NCBI RefSeq assembly: GCF_036321535.1
Contig: NC_087462.1
Coordinates: 17,546,001 to 17,610,000, forward strand
Direction: 5' to 3'
DNA length: 64,000 bases
Source: Camelus dromedarius
Taxonomy: Eukaryota
The notes below the pieces were generated by a model. It made no database searches and was not told where the DNA came from. It saw only the letters and a list, made by a program, of their open reading frames with translations. The first letter of the stretch is position 1; each line of letters begins with the position of its first letter. Below are positions 34,521-47,119 of this stretch, in pieces. Made by a program: the position numbers and the translations under genes.

Positions 34521-35689
34521 CGGTATTGCTTTTATGTCCATATTATCTCTGGAAGCACATCCTCCAGTATGGAAGGTTTTGGTGTATTCAAATCTAATTC
34601 CTCTTTGGAGAAGCCAAGGAAACCTTTGCAGCACTGTTTATCAAGCTAATACAATCTTCTCTCCCAAGACAGACTAACTCCGACTTTAAACAACCTGTGA
34701 ATAAATGGCCCAGCTTTCCCCCAAGTCTCTTTCCATTCATCTCAGCTTAGGAATGAGGAAATACGGATTATCATTTTGGTTACAAATATATTTCTATCCG
34801 GAGGAAGATCTACAAAGGTCACTTCTATAAATTTAAACAGTCTCCAGTTAGTCCTGAAGAGTTAAGTCCTCATTTTTTTTTTCTCAAATATCCTGGTGCT
34901 TCAAAGATGTTGTATGAGACAGATGTCACGTTGATATAATAAACAGCAATGCCAAGTCTAATGAATTAAGGGAAAAGAGAACCACATGCTGAGATTTTCC
35001 GATGAAATCAGGTAATGACAGGGAAGAAAAATGAAGCTGCATTTATAAATGGCTTGAGAATCCAAAATTCAAGGTGTGGAGAGACTCATAGCAGGAGAGG
35101 TCTCACCTGTGCACTGCATTCATCTTACATGTATATGCATTTCTGCCCGATGTTCTGGCTTGGGCAAAAGAAAAAGAAAATGAAATTTAAAGGGTCCCTG
35201 GGGCTAGTAATACTTTGGTAAAGGAAGTTCGTACATCAGTTGTCACTGAGGCCCCAGCCATGTTGTCAACGGCTGCGCTGAGGTGAGGGTTTTTAGAAGA
35301 TATTTTATAAGAGGTCTGTGAACCTGATTTATGTTTCCAACAGCTCCCTTGCACTTGCCATTAATTATGATCAGGTGGAAGAACTCAGCCCTCAGTGGTC
35401 TGGATGGTGGATGGACGTGTGGCACGGCGACAGCCTCCCTGAGCACCAGCGCGGCAGTGTGGCATTGGGGCCAGGACGAGGGAGGATTCTGCCTGAAGCT
35501 CTTCAGAAAAGGAGCCGTCACAACCTCAGTGATGCTTTAAAGGTTACACACAGATGACAGAGCTCGACTTTTAGTCTGGCTCAAAGAACTCTGGCTTTCA
35601 TTTGTGCCCATTTCATTTTTTTTTTCTTAAAAATGTTCTGCAGATACAGCAACAGCCTTCTCAAAACAGACACCCAAACGCCCTCCGTA

Positions 35690-36185
35690 GGACAACTTAG
35701 CAAAACCTACCTAAACAGAAAGTGTTCATACCCTCTGCCCAGCCATTCCATGCCTGGAGATTTATCCTGTAGATACACTGTGAGCAATGTGTAGAGATAC
35801 AGGATGTTTACTGCAGCATTGTCCTGGCAATACTAGAAACAATTTAAATCTCTATCAATGCTTACCTGGCTAACGTTAAACTAAATTCTAGTGCATCTAG
35901 ACAACAGGATACCATGCAGTTTATCGAAAAAGATTTATGTTCTGACATGGAAACAAGAGCCATGATATAATTTTAGATGAAACAGCAAACTTCGAAACAC
36001 TATGCAGACTGATTACATTTGATCCTGCATAGAGATTTTCTGGAAAGAGATCCAAGCTTTTAATGATGGCTAACTCTGTAGAGAGGAATTCAAGAGAGGA
36101 CAGGGACTTTTACATTGTAAAATTAGATAATAAGTTTTTTTTTTTTGTAAAAAAGAACCCTTATTTTTATAATTAAAAACAAACA
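35690..36185 (+). mobile_element. L1ME-like ORF2 end / 3' UTR
   Basis: cccagccattccatgcctggagatttatcctgtagatac...ggatgtttactgcagcattgt. Confidence 0.7.
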
Positions 36186-38469
36186 AAGCCCTTTATCTAA
36201 TAAAGACAAATTGAATCACTATTTAGGCTTTTCTTTTCCAGATTAAACGTCACCAAATGCTTTATTTTGTCAACTCTAATAATTTTAATAATAATAACAG
36301 CAACAGTAACAGATTATATTTTAGATTCTATACATTTATTATTTAAGGCCACTCCCTCATTGATTAAAAAGTAGGAAGACCCAAGCAAAGAGCCTTCTTC
36401 CACGCCGCATTTTGGTGACTTGCACTCAATTTGATATCATTCAATATGCTTTCTCTGATTCAAGGACCTTGCTTTGATGACGGTCCATGTCGATGGTCAG
36501 CACATACTAAGTGGTTCCAAGGGGTTAAAATCAAACGGGGGTTTTGACTTCTTCTATATGGAAGTGACTGTCATTTTTTTTTCCAGCAGGGGATCTCTAG
36601 CACCACAAGTTCCCCGAACAGCAAACTCTCTGTAACACTGACCTTGATTCTGGAAGATAAAGGACTTTTGGCTCTCTGGCCCCTTTTGGGCAGTTCTAGA
36701 GGAGCACAAGAAAGGGCTACAAAGTGCGGATGTCAGCCCTGCCTTCGGGGAAGATGTGCATGCTTATTTGATTAATTTGGCTTATGTTCGGGAGTCAAAG
36801 ATTTCAGCCAGCTGGAGCTTCTGGCCCTTTCATGCCGCCCCCCACCCCACCCCCCAGAGTCTGTGAGACCCTGTCTCTGTGAACTTCCCTGGGTCGCTAG
36901 CTTCCCCTCTCCAGGACACCTCACTCTTAGGGAAATCACAACAGCTTCATGCACCGGGGGCCAATTCTCTGGAGAGCAAGAGCAACAGCTTAACTAGAGG
37001 CAGGGAGGATAATCTCAGCATGAATTATTCACCAGTGAGACAGTCAGGGCTGCACAGAGGGAATACAGATTCCCGCTGCGGGGCTCCGTCTCACCAACTT
37101 CCTTATTCAGTTTGAATGCCTCTTTCCTACCCTTGTGAATCGAGCCGATGTATTGGCATTCAGGGAGCTTCTGCACTGATTCCAAAACTGCCGCCTTCCT
37201 TCTCCCTCTCCGAGTTCAAGCTTACTTCTTTGAGTGCGGGTTAAGTCTTCTCCTTAAATCCTCTTTTCTTTAAGTCAGTTGCTCTGTATGTTTCTGTCCC
37301 GGTCTCCTTTTTTGGCTTATTTAAACTGAGTCTCTCCCTATTTTTGAAAAAAACAAAAACAAAAACAAAAAACCACACCACCAAGTCTTCCATGCTGCAT
37401 TCATTGATGCATTAGATTTAAGCCATCCCATAAGTGCCCACAGCGCATCACTCGTTCATTCATTTACAGCCTTTGCCATCTCACCGTCCTGACACATTGC
37501 TACGCTCCTTCAGAGGGGGAGCAACTTAGAGGGATGGCCAAATGCAAGGCTCTGGCGTCAGACTGCTCCAGTCTGAATCCCAGGTCTCTGATATAAAAAT
37601 GCTATTTTTTTTTTCTCAAAAATCTATGTATTTGGACATCATCTGTCACCTGACCTGTGGAAGGAAAAAAGATAGGGAACCTCTATCTAAAAAGATACTT
37701 CCCTGCACACGATCATGCACAGAAAAATAGCTTTTCTTTCCTCTCTGATCTTCTGGGAAACTCTCACAGTCTCACACTCTTCGTGTTTCCGAACTCCCTC
37801 AGTGCTTCCACTCAGAAGTGCACACCCGGCTCAGCCATTCACCTCACGTGCAAGAGGAAGAGGGCGATTTTATGTAGTAAAGATATATGGGACAAGCCAA
37901 CCTCAAGTTCACATCCGTTAAAGCATTTCTCTGTTGGCAACATTTTGACAAGCCTCTCACAGCTCTATGCTTAATTAAAATAAAAGGGTGATATACATCA
38001 TTGCACCGAGTCCTTGCTGATGTAGAGGAAGGGAGAGGAAAAAATGAGTGCATTAGTTCTCCGTTATTAAAAGTTATTTCAGCATGACATCTCAAATAAA
38101 GACTAGCCATTAGCAAAATTAAAAATTAGGGGAAGTTGATTTTGGGAAATGCACACATTAGTGCCCTCCTCCTGCCTCTGGCAGCATCTCTTCCCGTCCT
38201 GTCCCAGCTCCAAGCGGCCTCCCCACCCCGCCTGGGTTCTTGATCTCTTGAGTTCCCAAAACTGATTATCATAATGATGGAATGGCAAGCAGAAGGAGAA
38301 CTGTTTTGTTCATAAATTCTGCCTAATAATTCCTCAAATTAAAGAAGAAAAAAATATAGTCAACCCTTACTGCTCACCTACTATGTGCCAGACACTATTT
38401 GCACCTTTATTCATAAACGATTGCTTAATTATTTAAACCACTCTCAGGGGACGTGGGGGAAGGAAGGCA

Positions 38470-38660
38470 ATATTTACTGAACACCTGCCACTTTCTAAAT
38501 GCATGATGTGAGTTTTCTCTGTTAATACTCCTACCAACCCTGCAAGGTTAATGAAATGAACCCCACTTCGCAGAGGAGATGAGCAAAGTGAGACCCTAAG
38601 TAACTGGCCTCATGCTACAGCGTTACTCAGTCAAGTGCAAGGTTTCAAACTGAGGTCTTC
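38470..38660 (-). mobile_element. MIR SINE
   Basis: aatactcctaccaaccctgcaagg...taagtaactggcc...ggtttcaaactgaggtctt. Confidence 0.55.
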
Positions 38661-39509
38661 CTCTTTGTAAATAAGATCCATCCTATATAGAACACAGTAA
38701 GTGGAGGGTGGGAACCAATATGAATAAAAATCTGCAGAGGTGGGAGTGTGCATGGTGCATCCGAGGATGGGGAAGGGCTTGACCAGGACCAAAGGGTCCC
38801 AAAGGGGAAGACAGAGAGACCACCGTCACAGAGAGGGGCTGGGCTGTAACATTCTGTGATGCCGGAAGGCCGGCTGAAGGCCACCAGCTTTGGTTTGGGG
38901 GCCTTGGGCACCCATCAGAGGTTCTCAGACAGGCTCACTCAAACAGTGCCTCATGAAGTTTGACCAGCAGTGACGTATAAACTAATTATAGGGGATGCTG
39001 GAAAGGAGTCTGGGCCTGAGAGTGGGCTGGACTTGGGGTGGGGGAGGCACTGGGAATGAATAAGAAACTGTGGGCAGACGCTGCCTGATAAAGAGTCTCT
39101 TGCCGTCCTAACTCAGGAACTGAACTGATGCAGACAAATAGTCTGGGACTCCCTTGTCACCTGAACACGTTACATCAGAAGTCTCGCCATCTGAGCTAGG
39201 AATTGAGAAGATGTGGAAAGCGAGGATATTTGCATTAACAGGCGTCGAGGAGCCGAGCTGACAGATCAGGTACTTAATGAGATGAGAGCAGGACTCACAG
39301 GAAGAAAGGAGTCAAGGATGATTCCAGCCTAGAGCCTTACAACCAGGACTGTAAGAGTGCATCCGTGACCGGAAGAGAGATGCCTGAACCGAGAATGTTC
39401 TGGGGACTTGGTTTGCTTGAGCACATGACTAGATGGAAGAGGAAAAGCAGGGCGAGCGAGTTGACCCCCAGAACATTCTATAAGCCAGAGACCTGGGTAT
39501 CTGTCTTGA

Positions 39510-40080
39510 TACTTCCCTCTCCTTAATTCGTATATCCATTTAATCACCAAGTTCTATTATTTTTACTTCCAAATATCTGGGCAATTCACTTGTCTGTCTC
39601 CACTGGCAGCATCCTCACCTAAACCACCATCACCTCCTCCTGGGCTGCTCGGACCCCTCTGCTCCCTCCAATCAGCTCCCCACCCTGAAGTCAAAGGGCT
39701 CCTTTTACAAACATAAATATGATTAAGTAATCCTTTCCTAAATGCCTTTTAGACTAGGCCTGGCATCAGCAAATATGGCCCGTGGGCTGAATCTAACCTG
39801 CTGTCTAAATAAAGTTTACTGGAGCACAGTCACACTCAGCTATGTACTGTCCGTGGCTGCCTTCACGCCATAAGAGCAGAGCGGAGTAGTTATCACATAG
39901 ACCATCTTGACTTTTATAGAAAAAGTTTGCCAACCACTGAACTAGACCAGAGTCCTTAACTTGGTCCGTAAGGCCCTGCAAGCTCTGACTGCTGCCCACT
40001 TCTCCAGTCTCTCTTTGCACCACCGACGCCCCTGCTCTTGGTGCTTCAGTCAATCTGGACAACTTCCAGCTGCTCACAGG
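39510..40080 (+). mobile_element. L2 3' region, host of MER58A
   Basis: tccatttaatcaccaagttctattatttttacttccaaatatct...gtccttaacttggtccgtaaggccctgcaagctctg. Confidence 0.7.
39760..39939. mobile_element. MER58A hAT-Charlie MITE with 8-bp TSD
   Basis: gcaaatatggcccgtgggctgaatc...aaataaagtttactggagcacag...agaaaaagtttgccaaccactg. TSD gactaggc / aactagac. Confidence 0.85.
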
Positions 40081-40629
40081 AGCCAGAGAAATGGGACTGC
40101 CTGGTGTGTATGGGCACGGCCTGCAGAGCATCCTGACTCCGCGTGCTTCCGGAGGACAGGCCTTTTGGCCTGAGGGCACTGCTAGCTCTAGTCTTCGTCT
40201 GGCTTCCTTTCCCTATGTCCTGCTTCTCTCCTTCCTGCGAAAATGAGGTCCAGCACCCTCCGTCTTTCTCATTCCTTCCTCCTTAAATCTTCCTTTTAGG
40301 GAAGGAGCCTAGATCAACCACTGCCCCTCATTTCAACTCAAGCCAGTCTAATGAATGCAGGGACATTTCAGTTTTTGAGCCTGACTTCCAAGTGAGAAAG
40401 TCTTTTCCCTTTTTCAACACCTTCCAGAGATTAATGAGCAGGTGGGAGGGTTCAGCAGAGTGGAGGGGGGAAGGCAGACAAATCCCTTTCTCTCATCCCT
40501 GAGATCTCATCATAGAGGGAAGCATCAGCCTCCTCTGCCAAGGTGAAGACCAGCCTCAACTTCAGACTCAGAACCAGTTTTCACTGAGCATCTTCAAAGG
40601 GCACTAGGAACATTTGCTTGTTATTTTGT

Positions 40630-41000
40630 GTCATCTGTAAACCAGTCTGGGATTGGTTACAGGTAACAGGAACCACTCTAGAAAGTTTAAGCCAGAAGAC
40701 CAACAATTTTGTAAGCATCTATACACATTTCGTAGCAAATGGGATTAGACGCTTACAAACCTGTTGGATGTGCTGGAGGAGGAGGCTCCAGGTGCACCTC
40801 TGGGAGCAGCTCGCAGGAGTAACACTGCAGAACTGGCCAGCCAAGGGAGCTCCTACTCTGCACAAGCGGGGGAAGCAGGATGCAGTGGCCCCCATTGCTG
40901 GCTCCAGAATCAGACTGTCTTAGCTGCCACGTGGGGATCTGGAGGCTACACCCAGAGCTGCTGGCTCCATGGCCACGCCGTGCCTGCTGGGGCCACAGCA
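40630..41000. mobile_element. Ancient ERVL/MaLR-type LTR remnant
   Basis: ccagtctgggattggttacaggtaacaggaaccactctagaaagtttaagcc resembles MLT1K/LTR33-like termini. Family uncertain. Confidence 0.4.
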
Positions 41001-41230
41001 GCAGGGTGGACCCCCGGCAGACCCCCTCTCTCCCCACATAACTCAGTTCTGAATTCCAGACTTGTACAAACACATCAGATGGCAGCTATTAAGTCGCCCC
41101 CAGAGGCCTGGCTGCAGGGCAGACTGGGGATGGTCCTTTTCAGTGTTCCCGTCTCTCAGGACGGGAAAGTGCACAGGGAAGACGCTGGTGTGGATGTTGA
41201 GTGAGGAAGACTGTAGTCTCTGGTTAAAAA

Positions 41231-41232
<2 letters not shown>

Positions 41233-41280
<48 letters not shown>
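41233..41280. repeat. (TG)24 microsatellite
   Basis: Perfect 48-bp run. Confidence 0.98.
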
Positions 41281-41281
<1 letters not shown>

Positions 41282-41849
41282 AGGGGGGCTGTTTCCCTGC
41301 TTTTATAGAAGCAGAAACTGAGGTTCTGAAGGTGATGTGCTCAGCCCCAAAGTCAAGCCCAGGTTTGCCAACTCTAAGCTCCATTACTTTTTCTAAAATA
41401 GGGAAAGAAAGTATTATTTGTTACATTCAAAGTCAGGAACCAAGTGAGGTCTTGGTCCTCTTACTGCTAAAATGACACACTTCAGAGCTCAGCCAGCTGC
41501 TAGAAAACGGATTCAAAGCCATCTGACAAGGGTCAGCCCGTGAACCAAGATGGGTAAAATCTGGAGCCTCTACCAGCTTGATTCAGAAAGTGATTTGCAC
41601 AGGATATGTTTCATCCCACAGGGCACTCAATGACACGGTGTTTTTCTCCAGAAGCAGTGACTCAGAATTCAGGGTCATCATAAAACTACAAGCCATAGTT
41701 CCCAAAGAGCCAGAAGTCTGAGTCCACCCACCCAACTGTAGAAGGGTGGATATGAGGTCCTGAGAAGGAGCCCATTTCTCTAGGGGGTTACGAAGATCTC
41801 TGATTTTGGGGACTGTAGTTTTCAGGAGTGAGTGGATGTAATTAGCTCT

Positions 41850-42065
41850 TCAGTTAGTCATCACCACTGCCTTGGTTCCGGCTCTTGCTATTTCTCAACT
41901 GGATCATCACAAAGCCAGCTCCCTGGGAGCCCAGATTCGTGTTTCTACCCTCCAACACATCTCTCCTACTGCCAGACCTCCATTTCTGCAGTTTGGATCT
42001 AACTATGATAACACCCTGCTTAACAACCCTTTAATTTGTCACTGCTTAGGAGATAAATTCCACTC
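41850..42065 (+). mobile_element. L2 fragment, left of the L1 insertion
   Basis: tatttctcaactggatcatcac...ccctgcttaacaaccctttaat. Confidence 0.6.
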
Positions 42066-42946
42066 AGCAACAACAACAAAACCACCCAATCAAAAAACGG
42101 GCAAAAGACATGAATAGACTTTTCTCCAGAGAAGAGACAGAGATGGCCAACAGGCATATGAAAAGATGCTCAACATCACTAATTGTTAGGAAAATGAAAA
42201 TCAAGACCATGATGAGATACCCCATTACACACAATGGGATGGCTGCTATTAAAAATTGTATTATTTCCCAAAAATAAGTGTTGGTGAGGATGTGAAGTTG
42301 CAACCCTTTTACACTGTGGGTCGAAGTGTAAAATGGTGCAGCTGCTTTGGAAAACAAGATGGTGGTTCCTCCAAAAGTTAAAAATGGAATTACCAGAAGA
42401 TCCAGCAATTCTGTTTCTGGGTATGTACCCAAAAGAATGGAAATCAGGGTCTTGAAGAAGTATTTGTACGTCCATGTTCACAGCTGCATTATTCCCAATG
42501 GCCAAGAGGTGGAAGNNNNNNNNNNNNNNNNNNNNNNNNNNNNNNNNNNNNNNNNNNNNNNNNNNNNNNNNNNNNNNNNNNNNNNNNNNNNNNNNNNNNN
42601 NNNNNNNNNNNNNNNNNNNNNNNNNNNNNNNNNNNNNNNNNNNNNNNNNNNNNNNNNNNNNNNNNNNNNNNNNNNNNNNNNNNNNNNNNNNNNNTGGGTG
42701 AGGTATCTGGGTAGTCAAACTCGCAGAGATGGAAAGCAGAGTGGTGGTTGCTGGGGTTTGAGGCTGGTGGGGAAACAGGCAGAGCTGTTTTCTAATGGGT
42801 ATAGTGTTTCAGTTTGGTAAGATGAAAAGAGTTCTGGAGATGGCCTGCACATGCCGTGAAAATACTCAACACTACTGAACTGTACACTTCAAAATGGTTA
42901 AGGTGGTAAATTATATGTTATGTCTCTTTTACCACAATTAAAAAAA
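42066..42946 (+). mobile_element. 5'-truncated L1 (L1MA9/L1MB-like): ORF2 C-terminus plus 3' UTR and A tail
   Basis: Translates [47 protein letters not shown] and [14 protein letters not shown], both L1 ORF2 C-terminal motifs. Typical UTR gttctggagatg...actgaactgtacacttcaaaatggttaagg. Confidence 0.93.
42516..42694. other. N block (179 nt) inside the L1
   Basis: Run of N. Confidence 1.
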
Positions 42947-42984
42947 CAGATGTTAAGTCCAAGGCACCTGGTGTGACTTTTGAT

Positions 42985-43835
42985 GCCTTAGACCAATGGG
43001 CTCCAACCTGCTGCTCCAGCTTCGCCCCTGCTTCTTCCTGGCATGAGCTATACTGGCCCTTCCTGAAGTTCATCATGCTTTTTCACATCTCTGGGCCTTT
43101 GCTCAAACTGTCCCCGACCAGGAGAGTCCATTTCCCCAAATGTCTGCCAGACAACCTCTCACTTCCTCCCCTTGACTTCTCCCTGAGTGTAGAATCAAAG
43201 TCACTCTTCACTGTGGCCCCCAAGGCCCTTTGCCGTTTGGCCTGGGGACCGCTTTCCCTCTTGCTTCCTGTTCCTAGGACGCCCAAGTTCTTTCCTCCCT
43301 CAGAGCCTCAGCCCACACCCCTTCCCTCTGCTTGGCATGCTCTTGGGCCACTCTTCCCATGACTGGTGGCTTCCTCTCCGCTCCTCAGAAAGATCTTCTC
43401 CGATTGTTCCACCAGGGAAGCACCCTCATCCTTATTCTGCAGCGTCTTTCCTTCAGGGCGCTTGTCAAAACTTGCATTGGCGTCACGTTTCCCTGACCAA
43501 CAGGATTTGGCCTCTCTTCCCTACAAGAGTGTAAGCTCCATGTAGAGCGCCTACTCCTAACTGGGTGATGGAGGCACGTTCAGGACCTGGTCAAGTGGCA
43601 ATCCTCTCTGAAGCCCATTACACTGATCCTCGGGAAATGGATTCCTCCTTCATCCGGCTTGATTTGCACTTTCTTCAACTGCCAACACATCACCTACCAT
43701 CCTGTGTTACTGCGGGTCTGCCTGTTTCCCACACCGGGTGGAGAGCTTCAAGCCAGGCATCACACATTATTAATTGTGACGTTCCCAGTAGAGTGTTTGG
43801 CAAATAATAGGTGCTCAGTAAAGGTTTGTTTCATG
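42985..43835 (+). mobile_element. L2 fragments including a 3' terminus
   Basis: ctgggcctttgctcaaactgtccc...gtgtaagctccatg...aataggtgctcagtaaaggtttgtttcatg. Confidence 0.65.
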
Positions 43836-44105
43836 TGGCATTTTCCAAACTTTTGTCATTTTTTCCAACTTCAAGATTTCTGTCATATTTACTTATAATC
43901 CTGTTGAGATTGGCTCACATTTGAAAAACTATTTAAAGAGGAAAAATAGTAATATCAGTAAAATCAAGAGTTAACTCTGCTATTTTTCTCCAGTATACAT
44001 GAAATTAAATGCATAATAATAAATTAGAAAAAAATTTTTAAGTATCCCTAAATAATATTGACTGTCATTCTTTGGAAAACACTGGTTTAAAGAATGAGCA
44101 CTTTG

Positions 44106-44252
44106 TGGGGAGGGTATAGCTCAGTGGTAGAATGCGTGCTTAGCATGCACAAGGTCTTGGGTTCAATCCCCAGTACCACCACCTAAAAAATAAATAGATA
44201 AGCCTAATTACCTCCGCCATCAAAATAAAATAAAAAAAATTTAAAAAAAAGG
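44106..44252 (+). mobile_element. tRNA-Ala(AGC)-derived camelid SINE (vic-1 type), full length
   Basis: A box TAGCTCAGTGG 44117-44127, B box GGTTCAATCCC 44160-44170, anticodon arm gcttAGCatgc, tail cctaattacctcc plus A-rich end. TSD aagaatgagcactttg (44090-44105) / aagaataagcaacttg (44253-44268). Confidence 0.9.
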
Positions 44253-44609
44253 AAGAATAAGCAACTTGATTCCATGCCCCTCGGCTGTCACTCCAGGATC
44301 TCTGGCAAAGACCAGATTTAGGCCAAGCCCAGGGAAGCAGGCAATAGAGGATGCCATGTCCATCAGAGGAACCAGCACCTGCAGGGGCGGGAACTGGGGA
44401 TTTAAATGCCTCCACTCAGCTTTGAGAACCCACGGCTGCATCTCTGCCTGAAGAAAAGGTGGCCGAGACGTGGGGAGAAGCATCCATTGTAGGAAGGGCC
44501 ATCCGTGTAGAGGAGAAGAAATCCTTTTAAATTTTCTCTGTACAGCCCTGCCGGGGAAATAGGTGCACGTTTACACAGACAATAAAATGGGTGGACACGC
44601 TCAGAGGCT

Positions 44610-44840
44610 GAAGGTGCTATGGTTTGGGGCTCTGAAGTCAGGCAGGCTGGTTTCCAATAGGCACTCGGCCACTTCTAGCCATGAGACTTTGAGCCACTTC
44701 CTCAAACCTCTCATAGCCTCGGTTTCCTTATCTGCACAGAGGGGCTAACTGGTGCCGCTGTCTTCTTGTTGCAAGGCTCTAAGGAGACGGAGCACTGAGA
44801 GAGCTGAGCTTAGCATCTGCACATAACACACACTCAAAAC
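44610..44840 (+). mobile_element. MIR SINE
   Basis: ggggctctgaagtcaggcaggctgg...cctcggtttccttatctgcacag. Confidence 0.7.
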
Positions 44841-45534
44841 GTACAACCCTCAGCACCGTTACGGCTGCTGTTCTGAGGAACAAGGAAGTCTAGGGCACTG
44901 CCCTCCTCCTCCTCAGGTCTGGAACGAGAACCCTGGGGAGGGGCAATAGCTGACCTCTGCAGCTCAGTTCACCTGGGAAGCTGAGTCTCAGGTCTGGAAA
45001 TTATCCAACCAGAAGTCCCCTGGAGGCCGGATCCACCCAGCACGTCCCTTGTTCTGTTTCACGGTGCCACGCGCCATGAGCGATGTGCCTCCTGGTCAAT
45101 GACTTGTGGGCTTTCGGGCCCTTGGAAGATGTAACATCAGAGGATAAATGCTGCAAATCCACAGGGAGCCTGCAAACCCTCCTGGAATCTCACCGGCCGA
45201 CAACACCGCCACCTCCCTCTGCAAATGTCACCTCCTGCCCGACCACTGACAGGCGGCCCAGGCCCAATGCCCTCCGTGCCCCTGGCAGGGAGAGCCCAGG
45301 AGACCCTCGCTAATTGTCTCATTGGCATTTCCCACGATTTGGCAGGAAAGAAACACAGGCACAGATCAATCCCACCAGGGCAAGTCAGAGCAGCCGCCGA
45401 AAAGGTGACCCCAAAAGAGAAAGACTACACTTATTTTTATTTTGCTTTTTCTTATGTTATGTATGGAGTTTAGATTGCTTCTTACTTGCCTTTTGCCTTT
45501 TCAGAAAAAAAAAGTTGAAATAACAAATGATTAC

Positions 45535-45695
45535 TCGATTGATTGATTGATTCATCTATCCACCATTCATCCATGGCCCCATCTGTGCATCCTGGGAGTA
45601 ACACTGTACATCTCTTATGTGCCAGACATGGTGTTAGGATCTGATGACGCAGGGGTGGGCAAAAGAAAGACATGGTCCCTGGCATCACTGAGCCT
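45535..45695 (-). mobile_element. L2 3' end with (GATT)n tail
   Basis: cttatgtgccagacatggtgttagga...aaaagaaagacatggtccctg. Confidence 0.7.
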
Positions 45696-46744
45696 AAGAT
45701 TCTCCCATCTGCCCCTCCACAAAAATCTCAAGTCACAAGTTCAGAGATCTCTCTGGGAAGGAAAGGCATGGTGTGCCCTGAGAACTACAATGAGGGATGT
45801 GTCCTGGGCTGGGCAGGGTGTGCGGCACTGGATCATCTGGGACCTCCTGGCCGCAGGCTCAGCCTCCTGGCTTCAGCAGTTCTGCCCTAAGGTTGCGCTG
45901 AGTGAGTGCAGGCGAATGAAGGAGAATAAAGATTTGTGGCTGGAGAGTTTGTGGCACAGGTGTGTTAGCACTTCTGCACACAGAGAACTGCCCAGGGCAC
46001 GCTAGCCTGAGGTGACTCCTAGAGTTTCCCCTCCCAACATCTGCTTTAATCATCTGGGTAGATGCCATCCTGGAGATGTTTCTCCATGTACCCAAGCACT
46101 GGAGCCAGACTTGAAAATGTTCCTTGACACTTCCACTCTGAGCCACCGAACTGCGGGGAGGGAGGGAAACCTGCCCGTCTGCCAGGCCTGCAGCCATCGC
46201 AGTGATCCTGGTGGGATGCTGGTGATTTCAAATACGGTGGGATCAGGACTACACGTTATCACTGAGGACCACAGGTAGGTGAAGGGGGCGGGGGGAGGCT
46301 GCCTGCCGCAGGGGAGCGAGGCTGCCATATACCAGGAGTTCCCTGGCAGGTGACCAGGACATGTTAGAACCATTTCTCCCAACTCAGCCCCAAATCCCAA
46401 CTCCTTACTCCATTCTTGACACTTTTCATTTTGGTAGGAGACACCATAAATTTGCAAGTTATTCATCTGGACCAGATAAGAAGGAGAGAAAGGGGATGAG
46501 GGGGAAAAGCACATATGCCTGGGTTTCTTCTCTGTTAAGTCTCCCTCTCCCTGGGCGCCTACACACAAGGAAGCAGAAAGAGTAATAGAAGGTCCTGTTT
46601 CTTGTTTGTTTGGCAAAATTCCTTGCAGACAGCAAAGCCCTAGTGTACTTGTCTGTCAACCAATCGACATGTGTGATGGGGGTAAGCACCCGCCCGGGGA
46701 CACCCTGTGGGGAAGCATAGCGGGTCGCCAAAGAATGTGGAGGG

Positions 46745-46890
46745 AAACAGCTCTGGGGTCAGATCCCAGCTCCTCCCTAGCTGGCTGTGCCATTTGGGCC
46801 AATTCTCACCCTCCCAGTCTGTTTGCATATCTATACAATGGGGAAGCCTGCCTCCTGGGGCTGCTGTGAGAATTAAGCGAGGTCATGCAC
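46745..46890 (+). mobile_element. MIR SINE
   Basis: gctctggggtcagatcccagc...gctgtgagaattaagcgagg. Confidence 0.6.
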
Positions 46891-46945
46891 CGCTAAACCA
46901 GCCTCACACCTGTGAAGACGTCAGCAGCACAGACTACAATCTGGG

Positions 46946-46963
46946 TAGCGCCCCCTAGAGTTG
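46946..46963 (-). promoter_or_regulatory. Candidate CTCF binding site (reverse orientation)
   Basis: Minus strand CAACTCTAGGGGGCGCTA. The last 11 nt are identical to the consensus CCACCAGGGGGCGCTA. Confidence 0.55.
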
Positions 46964-47037
46964 AACGCGGTGCAAAATGCACAGCCTTACGTGGGAGTCT
47001 GGTCCACAGGGAGAGCTCAATCAATAGCCCCTGTCAT

Positions 47038-47119
47038 AGGCGGGGAGGGAGACCGTGCAGAGGAACAGTGCATGCACAAGGTCCTGGGTTCAGTCCTCAG
47101 TACCTCCATTTAAGGAAAA
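47038..47119 (+). mobile_element. Degenerate short vic-1-type SINE
   Basis: gcatgcacaaggtcctgggttcagtcctcagtacctccatttaa. TSD aatagcccctgtcat (47023-47037) / aatagcggctgtcat (47120-47134). Confidence 0.8.

Noticed and set aside
42064-42820. ORFs at 42064-42432, 42347-42820 and 42474-42701
   Set aside because: Frameshifted or antisense readings of a dead L1 ORF2 fragment.
44106-44180. Apparent tRNA-Ala gene
   Set aside because: The acceptor stem is disrupted and it continues into a SINE tail with poly(A) and TSD, so it is a SINE.
46050-46616. 188-aa minus-strand ORF
   Set aside because: No recognisable homology, codon bias or exon signals; similar to many spurious ORFs in the window.
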